A stretch of 64,000 nucleotides of DNA, from positions 320,001 through 384,000 of the forward strand of contig BK006944.2 in NCBI GenBank assembly GCA_000146045.2, written 5' to 3'. Numbering within the stretch: position 1 is the first letter of the stretch; each line of letters starts with the position of its first letter. The position numbers were made by a program, and so were the translations under genes. The notes under the pieces are model-generated. The model saw only the letters and a list, made by a program, of their open reading frames with translations, was not told where the DNA came from and did not search any database. The stretch is from TPA_inf: Saccharomyces. Its lineage: Eukaryota. Of the stretch, positions 1-10,534 are shown piece after piece.

Positions 1-673
1 GTCAGATGATTCTAGTGATAGCGATTCTAGCGATAGTGATTCCGATTCGGGCGCTAGCGATGAGGATGCATTTCCGTTCGATGTCTATTCTAAAAAGACG
101 TCCTACTCTAGTGCAAAATCTAGTGTGAGTTCAAGAAGTATGAGCACTTCTGAAGCGTCATTCAATGCAAATTTGATAGGTTGGAAGAGAAAAGGAGATA
201 TGTTGAGGCGGATTGGTGAATGCCGTAAAAGAGTGATGAGTATACTAAGATTGCTAGGATCCAAGGCTGATGTGATAAAAGGATTTGCCAAAAGGTATAA
301 TGAGCAATGGGAAGCTTCGCCACAATCTGAAATCGCAATGTATTTGGGTGATATTCAAGATCATATTGTAACCATGGTCTCATCGCTAAACCATTATGAA
401 AAACTGTTAAGTAGATCGCATTCAAATTATCTGGCACAAATCAACATTGATATGACGAAGGTTAATAATGACATGAACGACGTTTTGGGAAAAATTACCA
501 TACTGGGTACTATTGTTCTGCCAATGAATGTGATTACGGGTCTGTGGGGTATGAATGTTATCGTGCCCGGACAATACAGGGATTCGTTGACATGGTTTAT
601 AGGCATTGTGCTTTTTATGTGTATGCTAGCATGTTCTGCATATATGTATACTAAGAGAAGATTCGGGTTTTAA
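1..673 (+). CDS. MNR2: 3' portion of a CorA-family Mg2+ transporter (vacuolar Mg2+ exporter); the N-terminal part lies outside the window
   Basis: The frame is open from position 2 with no stop codons. It encodes an acidic (SD)n repeat, then a GMN signature (ITGLWGMNVIVPG) followed by a C-terminal TM helix. Its position immediately upstream of YKL063C/MSN4 fits MNR2. Confidence 0.8.
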   Translation, partial: SDDSSDSDSSDSDSDSGASDEDAFPFDVYSKKTSYSSAKSSVSSRSMSTSEASFNANLIGWKRKGDMLRRIGECRKRVMSILRLLGSKADVIKGFAKRYNEQWEASPQSEIAMYLGDIQDHIVTMVSSLNHYEKLLSRSHSNYLAQINIDMTKVNNDMNDVLGKITILGTIVLPMNVITGLWGMNVIVPGQYRDSLTWFIGIVLFMCMLACSAYMYTKRRFGF

Positions 674-823
674 TTTAAGTGTTTTTTCGCGCATTAGCGC
701 TTGCTTTTCCTTCGATTTTAATTATCAGCCTAAATTATTGTTGTCTTTCCCGAAGGATAGAATTGTAAATTATCAGCGCCGTATCGTATACTTGTGGTGA
801 TAAATATCTTTAATCTATTTATG

Positions 824-843
824 TTTTTTTTTTTTTTTTTTTT
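824..843. repeat. Poly(dT) homopolymer (T20) in the convergent MNR2/YKL063C 3' intergenic region
   Basis: I counted the run directly in the sequence. Confidence 0.9.
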
Positions 844-1014
844 CGTGTCTGGTTTCTACATGTTTGTGAACGTTCTGCATATCTTTATGTACGTACACAG
901 TATGTTAGTATGCACTTATACTATACAAAGAATAAGGGAGGTGAGGTTAATCAATAAGGTTAACGTAAAACATTTATTATTTTCATCACCAAACTGTTGG
1001 AAGTTTTGAATTGG

Positions 1015-1518
1015 TTAATTATCAAGGATTTCATTGTTAGCCAAATTTTCCTTGGCGAGATCTTGTTTCTCTTTCTGGAGTTGCTGTTTTTGTTCTTTTT
1101 TGTCCTTGTTTATTTGTTTTTGCTTTTCTGAATCAATTTGTGGTTTCAAATCGTTCTCCAAATTCTTTACTTCTTGTTGCTTTGCGACTTCATTATTGAA
1201 CTTTTCTTTAGGTACTTTAGCTTGTTGTGGTTGCTTATTGTTAGTCGCATCAGCTGCACCGCCGGCTGCAATATTGGTATGATCGCTTGCACTTGCAGAA
1301 ACATCAGAAGAATGGCTTTCTAGCTTGATCTCAGTTTCTTTATTCAGATCAGAATAGGCAACTTTTATAACGAAATAAACGCCACATAACAGTATAATGT
1401 ATACTATAATCTTTTTCATAGGGGTAGTCAGATAACCGCCCCTTCTTCTGGAATTATATTTGCTTCCTGTTTTATAACGAGGTAAAAGATCTTTTTTCCT
1501 TCTGATATCGCCCTGCAT
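1015..1518 (-). CDS. 167-aa lysine/glutamine-rich protein with a single N-terminal TM segment (Golgi-localised uncharacterised ORF YKL063C)
   Basis: A 167-aa ORF begins at ATG (cat at 1516-1518). Its size and position between MNR2 and MSN4 match YKL063C. Confidence 0.65.
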   Translation of the reverse strand: MQGDIRRKKDLLPRYKTGSKYNSRRRGGYLTTPMKKIIVYIILLCGVYFVIKVAYSDLNKETEIKLESHSSDVSASASDHTNIAAGGAADATNNKQPQQAKVPKEKFNNEVAKQQEVKNLENDLKPQIDSEKQKQINKDKKEQKQQLQKEKQDLAKENLANNEILDN

Positions 1519-1765
1519 ATTTTCTATAATTATGAATCACTTTAGTTTGATTTATATTTGCTCAGAATACCCTAGCTTTATCTATATAGTACTACTACTT
1601 TGGAGGGGAGGAACGTATGTTGGAAGGCAATAGCACTCTGGTAAAGTGCTAACTCTTAATGTTAATGACGAAATCACTTTTTTTGCCTTTCTGAAAGATT
1701 GGAAGACTGTCACTGAGAAATTCGCTATTCTTTTCTTTTTCTTCGTGTTTTTTTTTGTTAGAATA

Positions 1766-1812
1766 CTGCACAGCTTGCTATCCCGCTGCACAGCTTGCTA
1801 TCCCGCTGCACA
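1766..1812. repeat. Perfect tandem duplication of a 20-bp unit (CAGCTTGCTATCCCGCTGCA ×2)
   Basis: Copy 1 is at 1771-1790 and copy 2 at 1791-1810. The block is flanked by partial CTGCA/CA. Confidence 0.85.
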
Positions 1813-2329
1813 ACATGAAATTGCTCACGTCGTGCCAAATTACATATAGGTGCTTACCCTGTTTATATTTTTTGCCTTCATAGCGGAGTTTTTAAGGGTA
1901 GCCCTTATGTTTTTAGCGTTCATTTGAACGAATGGCTAACGCTAAACGGAGAAGAGAGGAAAACAAGGCCGCTGGCGTTATTGCGCGTAAAAACAGGAGA
2001 TAAGCACTGTTTAACATACATTTCATTGAAAGCTTAAAGCCGCAAAAGATGAAGGGTTTTCAAAATTTTCATCTCTTGCAGTATAAGGATGCAGTGAATC
2101 TATCTACAGACAGTTGATAAAAACGTCTACCTTGCCTAGTGTACCCAGCTGCTGTCAACTTCTTTCCTTAGCGCGTAAAGAGCTATGTTTTCGATAAAAG
2201 ATGCAACATAAATGCTACGATGTAAGGCACCCAGGACCTCTGAAGGCAAAGAAGTTGTGAAATTTGAAAAATAATCGCTCAAAAAGGAATAATTGTCAAG
2301 CGTAACGATTTTTTTGATTTTCCGAAATC

Positions 2330-2358
2330 AGGGGAGGGGAAAAGAAAAGGGGAAGGGG
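2330..2358. promoter_or_regulatory. Cluster of four AGGGG (STRE, CCCCT on the other strand) pentamers within 29 bp, about 870 bp upstream of MSN4 and about 810 bp upstream of YKL063C
   Basis: AGGGG occurs at 2330, 2335, 2348 and 2354 (cAGGGGAGGGGaaaagaaAAGGGGAAGGGGtc). STRE is the Msn2/Msn4 binding element. Confidence 0.45.
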
Positions 2359-3227
2359 TCTCCTCACAGGTATTGTGAGCTCCAAGCAATCATTTTGCCA
2401 GCACTAGGAAATAATAAAATGAAAGAAAAAAACATACATAGAAAGTGCCGCTCCGGGGCATTTTGAGCGCGGCAAAAAAAGCCCGAAGATCCGTTCCTCG
2501 AAGGAACGGCAACCGCACACCAAGAAAAAGGGAAAAAGGTGGGGTTGGCTGTAAAGTACGAGCGCGGGGACGGATCCGTAACAATTTCTATGTGGGGCCA
2601 GCAGCCGGCTGCTGGTGGGTACTGTTGTACGAAGCGGTTGGTAGCGATGACAGTGGCCAGGGCTGCTAGGCATGGTGCCGTGAAAACCCAGCGCAAATGT
2701 CAGGCTGCAGGAACCGGCTTTCTCCCACGAGGTTTCACTGCTGGCGGCGTACTGGTCATTTTTAGAACCTGAAAACCCGAGCTAGAACTAGGACTCTTGA
2801 GCAATAAGGTTTGCGCATTGCTATTCTCCGGATAAACCAAACCCACCCTTTTAAGAGCGTTTAACAAAGGTCTCTTATCTATCAAAAGTATTATGGCTAT
2901 TTCTGGGATTCCGCTTGCGGGCCTTTCTACCCTCTTGATGCTACACATGTTTCCCTTAGATGCATGAGCATACCTGTAGGTACTTAAATTTTATTTTTAT
3001 GCATCTTATTTCTGTCTAAATTTGTATATAACAAGCAACTGCAGTTCTGTGATGTGTTTTTCGCAACTGGTCAACAGGCTTAAGAATTTTTCCGTCTCTT
3101 TCCGTTTTATTTCCAGAGAATTAACATTTATAGAGAAAAGAATTAAAACGTGAAATTTCCTTTTTGAATATTTAACGCCTTTATCAGTTCGGCTTTTTTT
3201 TCTTTTCTTCTTATTAAAAACAATATA

Positions 3228-5120
3228 ATGCTAGTCTTCGGACCTAATAGTAGTTTCGTTCGTCACGCAAACAAGAAACAAGAAGATTCGTCTATAATGA
3301 ACGAGCCAAACGGATTGATGGACCCGGTATTGAGCACAACCAACGTTTCTGCTACTTCTTCTAATGACAATTCTGCGAACAATAGCATATCTTCGCCGGA
3401 ATATACCTTTGGTCAATTCTCAATGGATTCTCCGCATAGAACGGACGCCACTAATACTCCAATTTTAACAGCGACAACTAATACGACTGCTAATAATAGT
3501 TTAATGAATTTAAAGGATACCGCCAGTTTAGCTACCAACTGGAAGTGGAAAAATTCCAATAACGCACAGTTCGTGAATGACGGTGAGAAACAAAGCAGTA
3601 ATGCTAATGGTAAGAAAAATGGTGGTGATAAGATATATAGTTCAGTAGCCACCCCTCAAGCTTTAAATGACGAATTGAAAAACTTGGAGCAACTAGAAAA
3701 GGTATTTTCTCCAATGAATCCTATCAATGACAGTCATTTTAATGAAAATATAGAATTATCGCCACACCAACATGCAACTTCTCCCAAGACAAACCTTCTT
3801 GAGGCAGAACCTTCAATATATTCCAATTTGTTTCTAGATGCTAGGTTACCAAACAACGCCAACAGTACAACAGGATTGAACGACAATGATTATAATCTAG
3901 ACGATACCAATAATGATAATACTAATAGCATGCAATCAATCTTAGAGGATTTTGTATCTTCAGAAGAAGCATTGAAGTTCATGCCGGACGCTGGTCGCGA
4001 CGCAAGAAGATACAGCGAGGTGGTTACCTCTTCCTTTCCTTCTATGACGGATTCTAGAAATTCGATCTCTCATTCGATAGAGTTTTGGAATCTCAATCAC
4101 AAAAATAGTAGCAACAGTAAACCCACTCAACAAATTATCCCTGAAGGTACTGCCACTACTGAGAGGCGTGGATCAACCATTTCACCTACTACCACTATAA
4201 ACAACTCTAATCCAAACTTCAAATTATTAGATCATGACGTTTCTCAAGCTCTGAGCGGTTATAGTATGGATTTTTCTAAGGACTCTGGTATAACAAAGCC
4301 AAAAAGCATTTCCTCTTCTTTAAATCGCATCTCCCATAGCAGTAGCACCACAAGGCAACAGCGTGCCTCTTTGCCCTTAATTCATGATATTGAATCTTTT
4401 GCAAATGATTCGGTGATGGCAAATCCTCTGTCTGATTCCGCATCATTTCTTTCAGAAGAAAATGAAGACGATGCTTTTGGTGCGCTAAATTACAATAGCT
4501 TAGATGCAACCACAATGTCGGCATTCGACAATAACGTAGACCCCTTCAACATTCTCAAGTCATCTCCGGCTCAGGATCAACAGTTTATCAAACCCTCTAT
4601 GATGTTGTCGGATAATGCCTCTGCTGCCGCTAAATTGGCGACTTCTGGTGTTGATAATATCACACCTACACCAGCTTTCCAAAGAAGAAGCTATGATATC
4701 TCGATGAACTCTTCGTTCAAAATACTTCCTACTAGTCAAGCTCACCATGCAGCTCAACATCATCAACAACAACCTACTAAACAGGCAACGGTAAGCCCAA
4801 ACACAAGAAGAAGAAAGTCGTCAAGTGTTACTTTAAGTCCAACTATTTCTCATAACAACAACAATGGTAAGGTTCCTGTCCAACCTCGGAAAAGGAAATC
4901 TATTACTACCATTGACCCCAACAACTACGATAAAAATAAACCTTTCAAGTGTAAAGACTGTGAGAAGGCATTCAGACGCAGTGAGCACTTGAAAAGGCAT
5001 ATAAGATCCGTTCATTCAACGGAACGCCCTTTTGCTTGTATGTTCTGTGAGAAAAAATTCAGTAGAAGTGACAATTTATCACAACATCTAAAAACTCACA
5101 AAAAGCACGGTGATTTTTGA
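3228..5120 (+). CDS. MSN4: Stress-responsive C2H2 zinc-finger transcription factor (binds STRE)
   Basis: The ORF is 630 aa. It has two C-terminal C2H2 fingers ([24 protein letters not shown] / [23 protein letters not shown]) and an S/N-rich N-terminus. The length and [10 protein letters not shown] start match MSN4. Confidence 0.9.
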   Translation: MLVFGPNSSFVRHANKKQEDSSIMNEPNGLMDPVLSTTNVSATSSNDNSANNSISSPEYTFGQFSMDSPHRTDATNTPILTATTNTTANNSLMNLKDTASLATNWKWKNSNNAQFVNDGEKQSSNANGKKNGGDKIYSSVATPQALNDELKNLEQLEKVFSPMNPINDSHFNENIELSPHQHATSPKTNLLEAEPSIYSNLFLDARLPNNANSTTGLNDNDYNLDDTNNDNTNSMQSILEDFVSSEEALKFMPDAGRDARRYSEVVTSSFPSMTDSRNSISHSIEFWNLNHKNSSNSKPTQQIIPEGTATTERRGSTISPTTTINNSNPNFKLLDHDVSQALSGYSMDFSKDSGITKPKSISSSLNRISHSSSTTRQQRASLPLIHDIESFANDSVMANPLSDSASFLSEENEDDAFGALNYNSLDATTMSAFDNNVDPFNILKSSPAQDQQFIKPSMMLSDNASAAAKLATSGVDNITPTPAFQRRSYDISMNSSFKILPTSQAHHAAQHHQQQPTKQATVSPNTRRRKSSSVTLSPTISHNNNNGKVPVQPRKRKSITTIDPNNYDKNKPFKCKDCEKAFRRSEHLKRHIRSVHSTERPFACMFCEKKFSRSDNLSQHLKTHKKHGDF

Positions 5121-5770
5121 AAAAAATAAGGTCAAAAGCAAATAAAAGCAAGACAAGCTACGGTATGACAAGTTTTCGGAGAAATAATATTCTTTCTTCC
5201 TCAGTTTACAAAACAAGTAGGTTGGTCATTTCATTCGGATATATTCTAAGGAATGAAATGAACATTGGTGTTTGTTTCTAATATAATCTTAAGATATTTT
5301 AAATTGTTTCTTTCCTTTTTTGCCTTTCTAACTATTACTTCAACTTCTTTTCCGTATATTTCCGTTTTTTCCATTTGGCAGATTAAAAAAATTGTGCACG
5401 TTCTGGTTTTAACGTATAGACTTCTAATATATTTCTCCATACTTGGTATTTTTTATTCACTTTTTTTATACATATTTGGTTTTTTTATACAATATCAAAA
5501 ATCAATAATAATTAATTTAATAACAAGAATATGTTGCTGTGATGACTCTTAATATACAATTGGGAAGCATTCAAGGATTGGTACGACGTTTGCTTTCTGA
5601 TAATTAAACGCTTGGCGTTTAATCTTTTTTGCCGATTAATAATATTATTATTACCCTCTTATTTATTAGCATTGTCTTCCGTACTAAAAGGAGTAGGGAA
5701 AAAGGCGAAGTAGAGTGACACGTCCATTACCCAGCGCTTCATAAGAATCCATCAGGTATATTAAATTGTG

Positions 5771-6112
5771 ATGGGAGAACAAAACAAATTGTACTATGAT
5801 GTCGAGAAATTGGTGAATTCTTTGCAGGAAAGTTTTGACCTGGATTGCGCGCAAAGTGTATCACTTTTCACCAGTAAATCAAGGAGCAATGAGGCTTGGT
5901 TGGAAGAGCTAGAGAATAAATTCAAGTTAAAAGATGATGTTGAACTTGATGATGTGGAAAATTTAAGAGCCGAAATTGACATGAAGTTAAATATGTTGGA
6001 GGATAAAGTAAGCTACTATGAAAGACTTTACAAAGAACTCGAAGAGTTCCAGAATGAAATAAAAATTAAAACAGTTGTGAATAACAGAAGACAATCGCGA
6101 ACTCCAAAATGA
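5771..6112 (+). CDS. BLI1: BLOC-1 complex subunit
   Basis: This 113-aa coiled-coil ORF begins [10 protein letters not shown]. The ORF track begins 3 nt upstream at GTG, and the true ATG is at 5771. Confidence 0.7.
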
Positions 6113-6407
6113 GCTATCAAAAACGATAGATCGATTAGGATGACTTTGAAATGACTCCGCAGTGGACTGGCCGTTAATTTCAAGCGTGAGTAAAATAGTG
6201 CATGACAAAAGATGAGCTAGGCTTTTGTAAAAATATCTTACGTTGTAAAATTTTAGAAATCATTATTTCCTTCATATCATTTTGTCATTGACCTTCAGAA
6301 GAAAAGAGCCGACCAATAATATAAATAAATAAATAAAAATAATATTCCATTATTTCTAAACAGATTCAATACTCATTAAAAAACTATATCAATTAATTTG
6401 AATTAAC

Positions 6408-7487
6408 TTATAAAGTGTTAGTGGTACGGAAAGTTTCCAAAGACTTGGTGATCTTAGCACCCATGGTCTTTTCACCTTCTCTAACCCAGACTCTTGGGTC
6501 GAAGAACTTCTTGTTTGGCTTTTCTGGACCTTCTGGGTTACCGACTGGGGACATTATGTAGTCCTTCTTGTTCAAGACGTAGTCTCTGATACCAGTCAAG
6601 TAAGCGTATTGACAGTCAGTGTCCAAGTTGACCTTGACAACACCGTTGTCAATACCAGTGTGGAATTCTTGGACAGTAGAACCGGAACCACCGTGGAAGA
6701 CCAAGAACAATGGCTTTTCTTCCTTGCAACCAACTTGTTCTCTGGTGTACTTTTGGTGTTCAGCCAAGATTTCTGGTCTCAAAGCGATGTCACCAGCGTA
6801 CAAACCGTGACAGTTACCGAAAGCAGCAGCAATGGAGAAGTTTGGAGAGATTGGGTGCAAAGCCTTGTAGACGTTGTAAACTTGTTCTGGCTTGGTGTAC
6901 AAGTCTTCCTTGTCAGCGTTTTCGTTGTTAACACCATCTTCTTCACCACCGGTAATACCGATTTCCATTTCTAACCATTGGTCCATAGCGGCCATTCTCT
7001 TGAAGTACTTGACACAAGTAGAGATGTTTTCTTCATCGGTTTCTTCAGACAAATCCAACATGTGGGAGGAGAATAATGGTTCACCGTGTTCCTTGAAGTA
7101 AGCTTCATCAGCTTCCAACATACCATCGAACCATGGCAACAACTTCTTGGCACAGTGGTCAGAGTGTAAGACAACTGGGATACCGTAAGCTGGAGCAATG
7201 GATCTGATGTAGTGGGCAGCGGCAATAGCACCCTTGATGGAAGCATTTTGACCTTCGTTAGAGATACCCTTACCAGCGAAGTAAGCAGCACCACCGTTAG
7301 AGGTTTGCAAAATGATTGGGGACTTGCTGTCTCTAGCAGCTTCTAAAGCAGCGACGGCAGTAGAAGAAGAGGTGACGTTAATAGCTGGAATAGCGAACTT
7401 GTGTTCCTTAGCGTAAGTGAATAAGTTGTGGACATCTTCACCAACGATGACACCGGTCTTTCTCTTTAAGATTTGTTCAACACCCAT
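6408..7487 (-). CDS. FBA1: Fructose-1,6-bisphosphate aldolase, class II
   Basis: The 359-aa protein matches yeast Fba1 throughout (MGVEQILKRKTGVIVGEDVHNLF...HGGSGS). Codon usage is strongly biased (GGT, TTG, AAG, GCT, TCT), as expected for a highly expressed glycolytic gene. Confidence 0.97.
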   Translation of the reverse strand: MGVEQILKRKTGVIVGEDVHNLFTYAKEHKFAIPAINVTSSSTAVAALEAARDSKSPIILQTSNGGAAYFAGKGISNEGQNASIKGAIAAAHYIRSIAPAYGIPVVLHSDHCAKKLLPWFDGMLEADEAYFKEHGEPLFSSHMLDLSEETDEENISTCVKYFKRMAAMDQWLEMEIGITGGEEDGVNNENADKEDLYTKPEQVYNVYKALHPISPNFSIAAAFGNCHGLYAGDIALRPEILAEHQKYTREQVGCKEEKPLFLVFHGGSGSTVQEFHTGIDNGVVKVNLDTDCQYAYLTGIRDYVLNKKDYIMSPVGNPEGPEKPNKKFFDPRVWVREGEKTMGAKITKSLETFRTTNTL

Positions 7488-7850
7488 TTTGAATATGTAT
7501 TACTTGGTTATGGTTATATATGACAAAAGAAAAAGAAGAACAGAAGAATAACGCAAGGAAGAACAATAACTGAAATTGATAGAGAAGTATTATGTCTTTG
7601 TCTTTTTATAATAAATCAAGTGCAGAAATCCGTTAGACAACATGAGGGATAAAATTTAACGTGGGCGAAGAAGAAGGAAAAAAGTTTTTGTGAGGGCGTA
7701 ATTGAAGCGATCTGTTGATTGTAGATTTTTTTTTTTTGAGGAGTCAAAGTCAGAAGAGAACAGACAAATGGTATTAACCATCCAATACTTTTTTGGAGCA
7801 ACGCTAAGCTCATGCTTTTCCATTGGTTACGTGCTCAGTTGTTAGATATG

Positions 7851-7994
7851 GAAAGAGAGGATGCTCACGGCAGCGTGACTCCAATTGAGCCCGAAAGAGA
7901 GGATGCCACGTTTTCCCGACGGCTGCTAGAATGGAAAAAGGAAAAATAGAAGAATCCCATTCCTATCATTATTTACGTAATGACCCACACATTT
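7851..7994. promoter_or_regulatory. Candidate FBA1 UAS, made of a duplicated 18-mer carrying Gcr1 CT-box-like cores (GGATGC = GCATCC) plus a Rap1-like site
   Basis: GAAAGAGAGGATGC(T)CACG is present at 7851-7869 and again at 7893-7910. tgACCCACACATTt at 7981-7994 resembles the Rap1 consensus ACACCCAYACAYY. The block lies 365-510 bp upstream of the FBA1 ATG on the minus strand. Confidence 0.4.
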
Positions 7995-8117
7995 TTGAGA
8001 TTTTCAACTATTACGTATTACGATAATCCTGCTGTCATTATCATTATTATCTATATCGACGTATGCAACGTATGTGAAGCCAAGTAGGCAATTATTTAGT
8101 ACTGTCAGTATTGTTAT

Positions 8118-9443
8118 TCATTTCTTAGGGCTTGCGTCAGCTTGATGAGGATTTGTGATAGTAGCCGTTGGAGGCATGAAGGGCATTGGAAACATGGGGA
8201 AAGGAGGTATACCGAAAGGTAACGGTACTGGTGGCACTGGCGTACCGCCGTTATTTACAGAAGTTGGAAGGCTGGTATTGTTGTTCAAGCCAGCGGTGCC
8301 AGTTGGATCCATCAACTTCATTTTCTTAGTTTCTGGCTGGTTGCCATCTTTAGAGCTTCCGTGTAGTTCCTCTTGTTTCTTCAAAAACGTTTCGACCTCC
8401 TTTTCCTTGTCCTGGTCGGGTACTAAAGAATCGAGAAGGATATCGCGGGTTTCGCAATTGGGGCATACAAAGTCGCTCTCTACCAGTGCATTTTCCAGCG
8501 CCTCTTTTGAGAAATCTATGTTACAGCACTTGCTTGTCTTTACCGGCTGCCTCAAAAGACCACCTGTCAAGGGACATTTTAAATCGTCAGGAAGATCTTT
8601 GAAATGGCCTTTTCTCCAAATGGTTTCATCACCATCAATTTGACGGTTCTCTCTTTTCCTTTGGTAGTCTTCCCATGATTGTTTGTCTTCAACTTGTACC
8701 ACGAACTTGCCTTCGTCCGTAATCATAATCTTTCGCTGAGCCATCTCTTCCGGTGTCATTGTCTCGGGATCTATTTCAATGGATTTTAAAAACTTCTTTG
8801 GAATACCTGTGGTTCTTCTGATTCTTTTTCCTTCAAAATTTGGATCGCTGTTAGTTGGACAATTTTTAATCCAGTGGTCTCTACCCCCACAACGATAGCA
8901 CATATAACCTGGTGGCGGTGGGCCTTCGTTTTCTTGTGCAGAATTCTTATTCGTCTGTGACTTGAAAAAAACAGGTGTGGCTGCAGACATTTCTTCTTGC
9001 GTTTGTTCCCATTGATTTTCTTGTGTGGCAAACATACTAGCAATTCTTTCTTCTTCCGTTGTACCACTAACATTAGCAGTGGTTGTAGCAGTGTGTTGTC
9101 TCTTTTGCAACACTCTTGGCCTACCAGTAACATACCTTGTTGCGTTCCCAAGAGCTGCTGCTCCCACATTCCCTTTAAGTCGACTGTGTACGGAGAATGA
9201 TTTAATTGCTGGAGATCTTTTTACTATGACACTAGTAGATCTAGGTATAACAAAGGCATCATCGTCGTATTCCTCTTCTGTATCTGGGTTGTAAATTTTT
9301 AATTGGAAATCTGTGCCGTCACCTAGTTTGTTCTCTTGAATAATTTCCCTTTTCAAATCAAATACTGTCAGGCCGGTACCATCAAATAAAATTCTTGATG
9401 TGTTTCGTTGAGACTTAAAGCGGTAAAATATCGTGCTACTCAT
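8118..9443 (-). CDS. MPE1: Cleavage and polyadenylation factor subunit with a ubiquitin-like DWNN domain, a CCHC zinc knuckle and a RING-like domain
   Basis: The ORF is 441 aa. It carries a zinc knuckle (CYRCGGRDHWIKNC), a C-x2-C RING-like segment and a proline-rich C-terminus. The size matches Mpe1. Confidence 0.88.
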   Translation of the reverse strand: MSSTIFYRFKSQRNTSRILFDGTGLTVFDLKREIIQENKLGDGTDFQLKIYNPDTEEEYDDDAFVIPRSTSVIVKRSPAIKSFSVHSRLKGNVGAAALGNATRYVTGRPRVLQKRQHTATTTANVSGTTEEERIASMFATQENQWEQTQEEMSAATPVFFKSQTNKNSAQENEGPPPPGYMCYRCGGRDHWIKNCPTNSDPNFEGKRIRRTTGIPKKFLKSIEIDPETMTPEEMAQRKIMITDEGKFVVQVEDKQSWEDYQRKRENRQIDGDETIWRKGHFKDLPDDLKCPLTGGLLRQPVKTSKCCNIDFSKEALENALVESDFVCPNCETRDILLDSLVPDQDKEKEVETFLKKQEELHGSSKDGNQPETKKMKLMDPTGTAGLNNNTSLPTSVNNGGTPVPPVPLPFGIPPFPMFPMPFMPPTATITNPHQADASPKK

Positions 9444-10165
9444 GTTACACTATTCCAGTCTCTGCCGATATGATGAGAGCTACCGAAATTTCAGTACCCT
9501 CTTGATTGTTCTTGCTTATTTTATGTTGGCCATAAACTTGGTTATTAACAATATGCTTGATATTCATCATCATTGTATTAACTTTCAGTAAAGTTACCCG
9601 CCTGAATTACAATGTTGTGACATAATATAATGGCATAAGGAAGGTTATTGCACCAGCAATGGATTAAGGTAGTTATATTTACCGCTTATACACTACATGA
9701 TAATGAATATATCAAGTCGATCATCCTTTTTTATGTTTTAAAATACTTTACATACATAACTGTGTTTTTACTTTATCTAAAAAAAGAGTTGTTATGAATT
9801 TGTGATTATTTATATTTCCAAATATTTATGATCTCAAAACGTAAAAAAACATAAAAAAAAAGTGTTAACCAAAGAAATTGAAGAAAGATAGATAAATAAG
9901 TTCCAAAAGTTCTATGAATTTTCAGGTTGCATGGCAGATAATGTCTTCTGCTAGGCAAATGTCAAACATGAACTGAATTGTCAATACAACATAATGTTAG
10001 CTTCATTATTGTTGTATTGCCGGGTAAGCTAATTTTACTAATAACAATATTTTCTTAACGCCTTAGAATACTTTGTGAAATATTCGACCGAATAAGGAAT
10101 AAGTAGAAGATGCACTTAGAGGTTAGGAGGGGGACACAGGCTATCGAAGATAACAGTAAGGATAA

Positions 10166-10534
10166 ATGGCAGTACCCGGGTATTACGAATTATATCGTAG
10201 AAGTACTATAGGGAATAGTTTGGTGGATGCTCTTGATACTTTAATTAGTGATGGGAGAATAGAAGCGTCGTTAGCTATGCGTGTTTTAGAGACATTTGAC
10301 AAAGTGGTGGCTGAGACTTTAAAAGACAATACCCAATCTAAATTGACTGTGAAAGGAAACCTGGACACATATGGATTTTGCGATGATGTTTGGACTTTTA
10401 TCGTAAAAAATTGTCAGGTTACTGTTGAGGACAGCCACCGCGACGCCTCCCAGAACGGGTCTGGAGATAGCCAAAGTGTAATTTCGGTGGATAAGTTGAG
10501 GATTGTGGCATGTAACTCAAAAAAGAGCGAGTAA
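10166..10534 (+). CDS. TOA2: TFIIA small subunit
   Basis: The 122-aa ORF begins MAVPGYYELYRRSTIGNSLVDALDTLISDGRIE, identical in length and sequence to Toa2. Confidence 0.9.
   Translation: MAVPGYYELYRRSTIGNSLVDALDTLISDGRIEASLAMRVLETFDKVVAETLKDNTQSKLTVKGNLDTYGFCDDVWTFIVKNCQVTVEDSHRDASQNGSGDSQSVISVDKLRIVACNSKKSE

Noticed and set aside
2311-2333. CDEIII-like motif TTTTTTTGATTTTCCGAAATCAGG, resembling the centromere element TGTTT(T/A)TG.TTTCCGAAA
   Set aside because: There is no upstream CDEII (78-86 bp at >90% A+T) and no CDEI (RTCACRTG). CEN11 lies elsewhere on chrXI. This is an isolated CCG-core look-alike, not a centromere.
2364-2948. Six overlapping ORFs of 64-110 aa on both strands in the six-frame track
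   Set aside because: They are a by-product of a GC-rich block, which has low stop-codon frequency. They overlap mutually in several frames, show no recognisable domain and have low-complexity Arg/Pro/Ala/Gly composition. I treat the block as non-coding.
9465-9580. ATGATGA (C-box-like) at 9469 and TCATCATCAT at 9566, considered as a possible C/D-box snoRNA
   Set aside because: There is no appropriately placed D box (CUGA), terminal stem or guide region. ATGATGA directly abuts the MPE1 start codon and is most simply 5'-UTR sequence.
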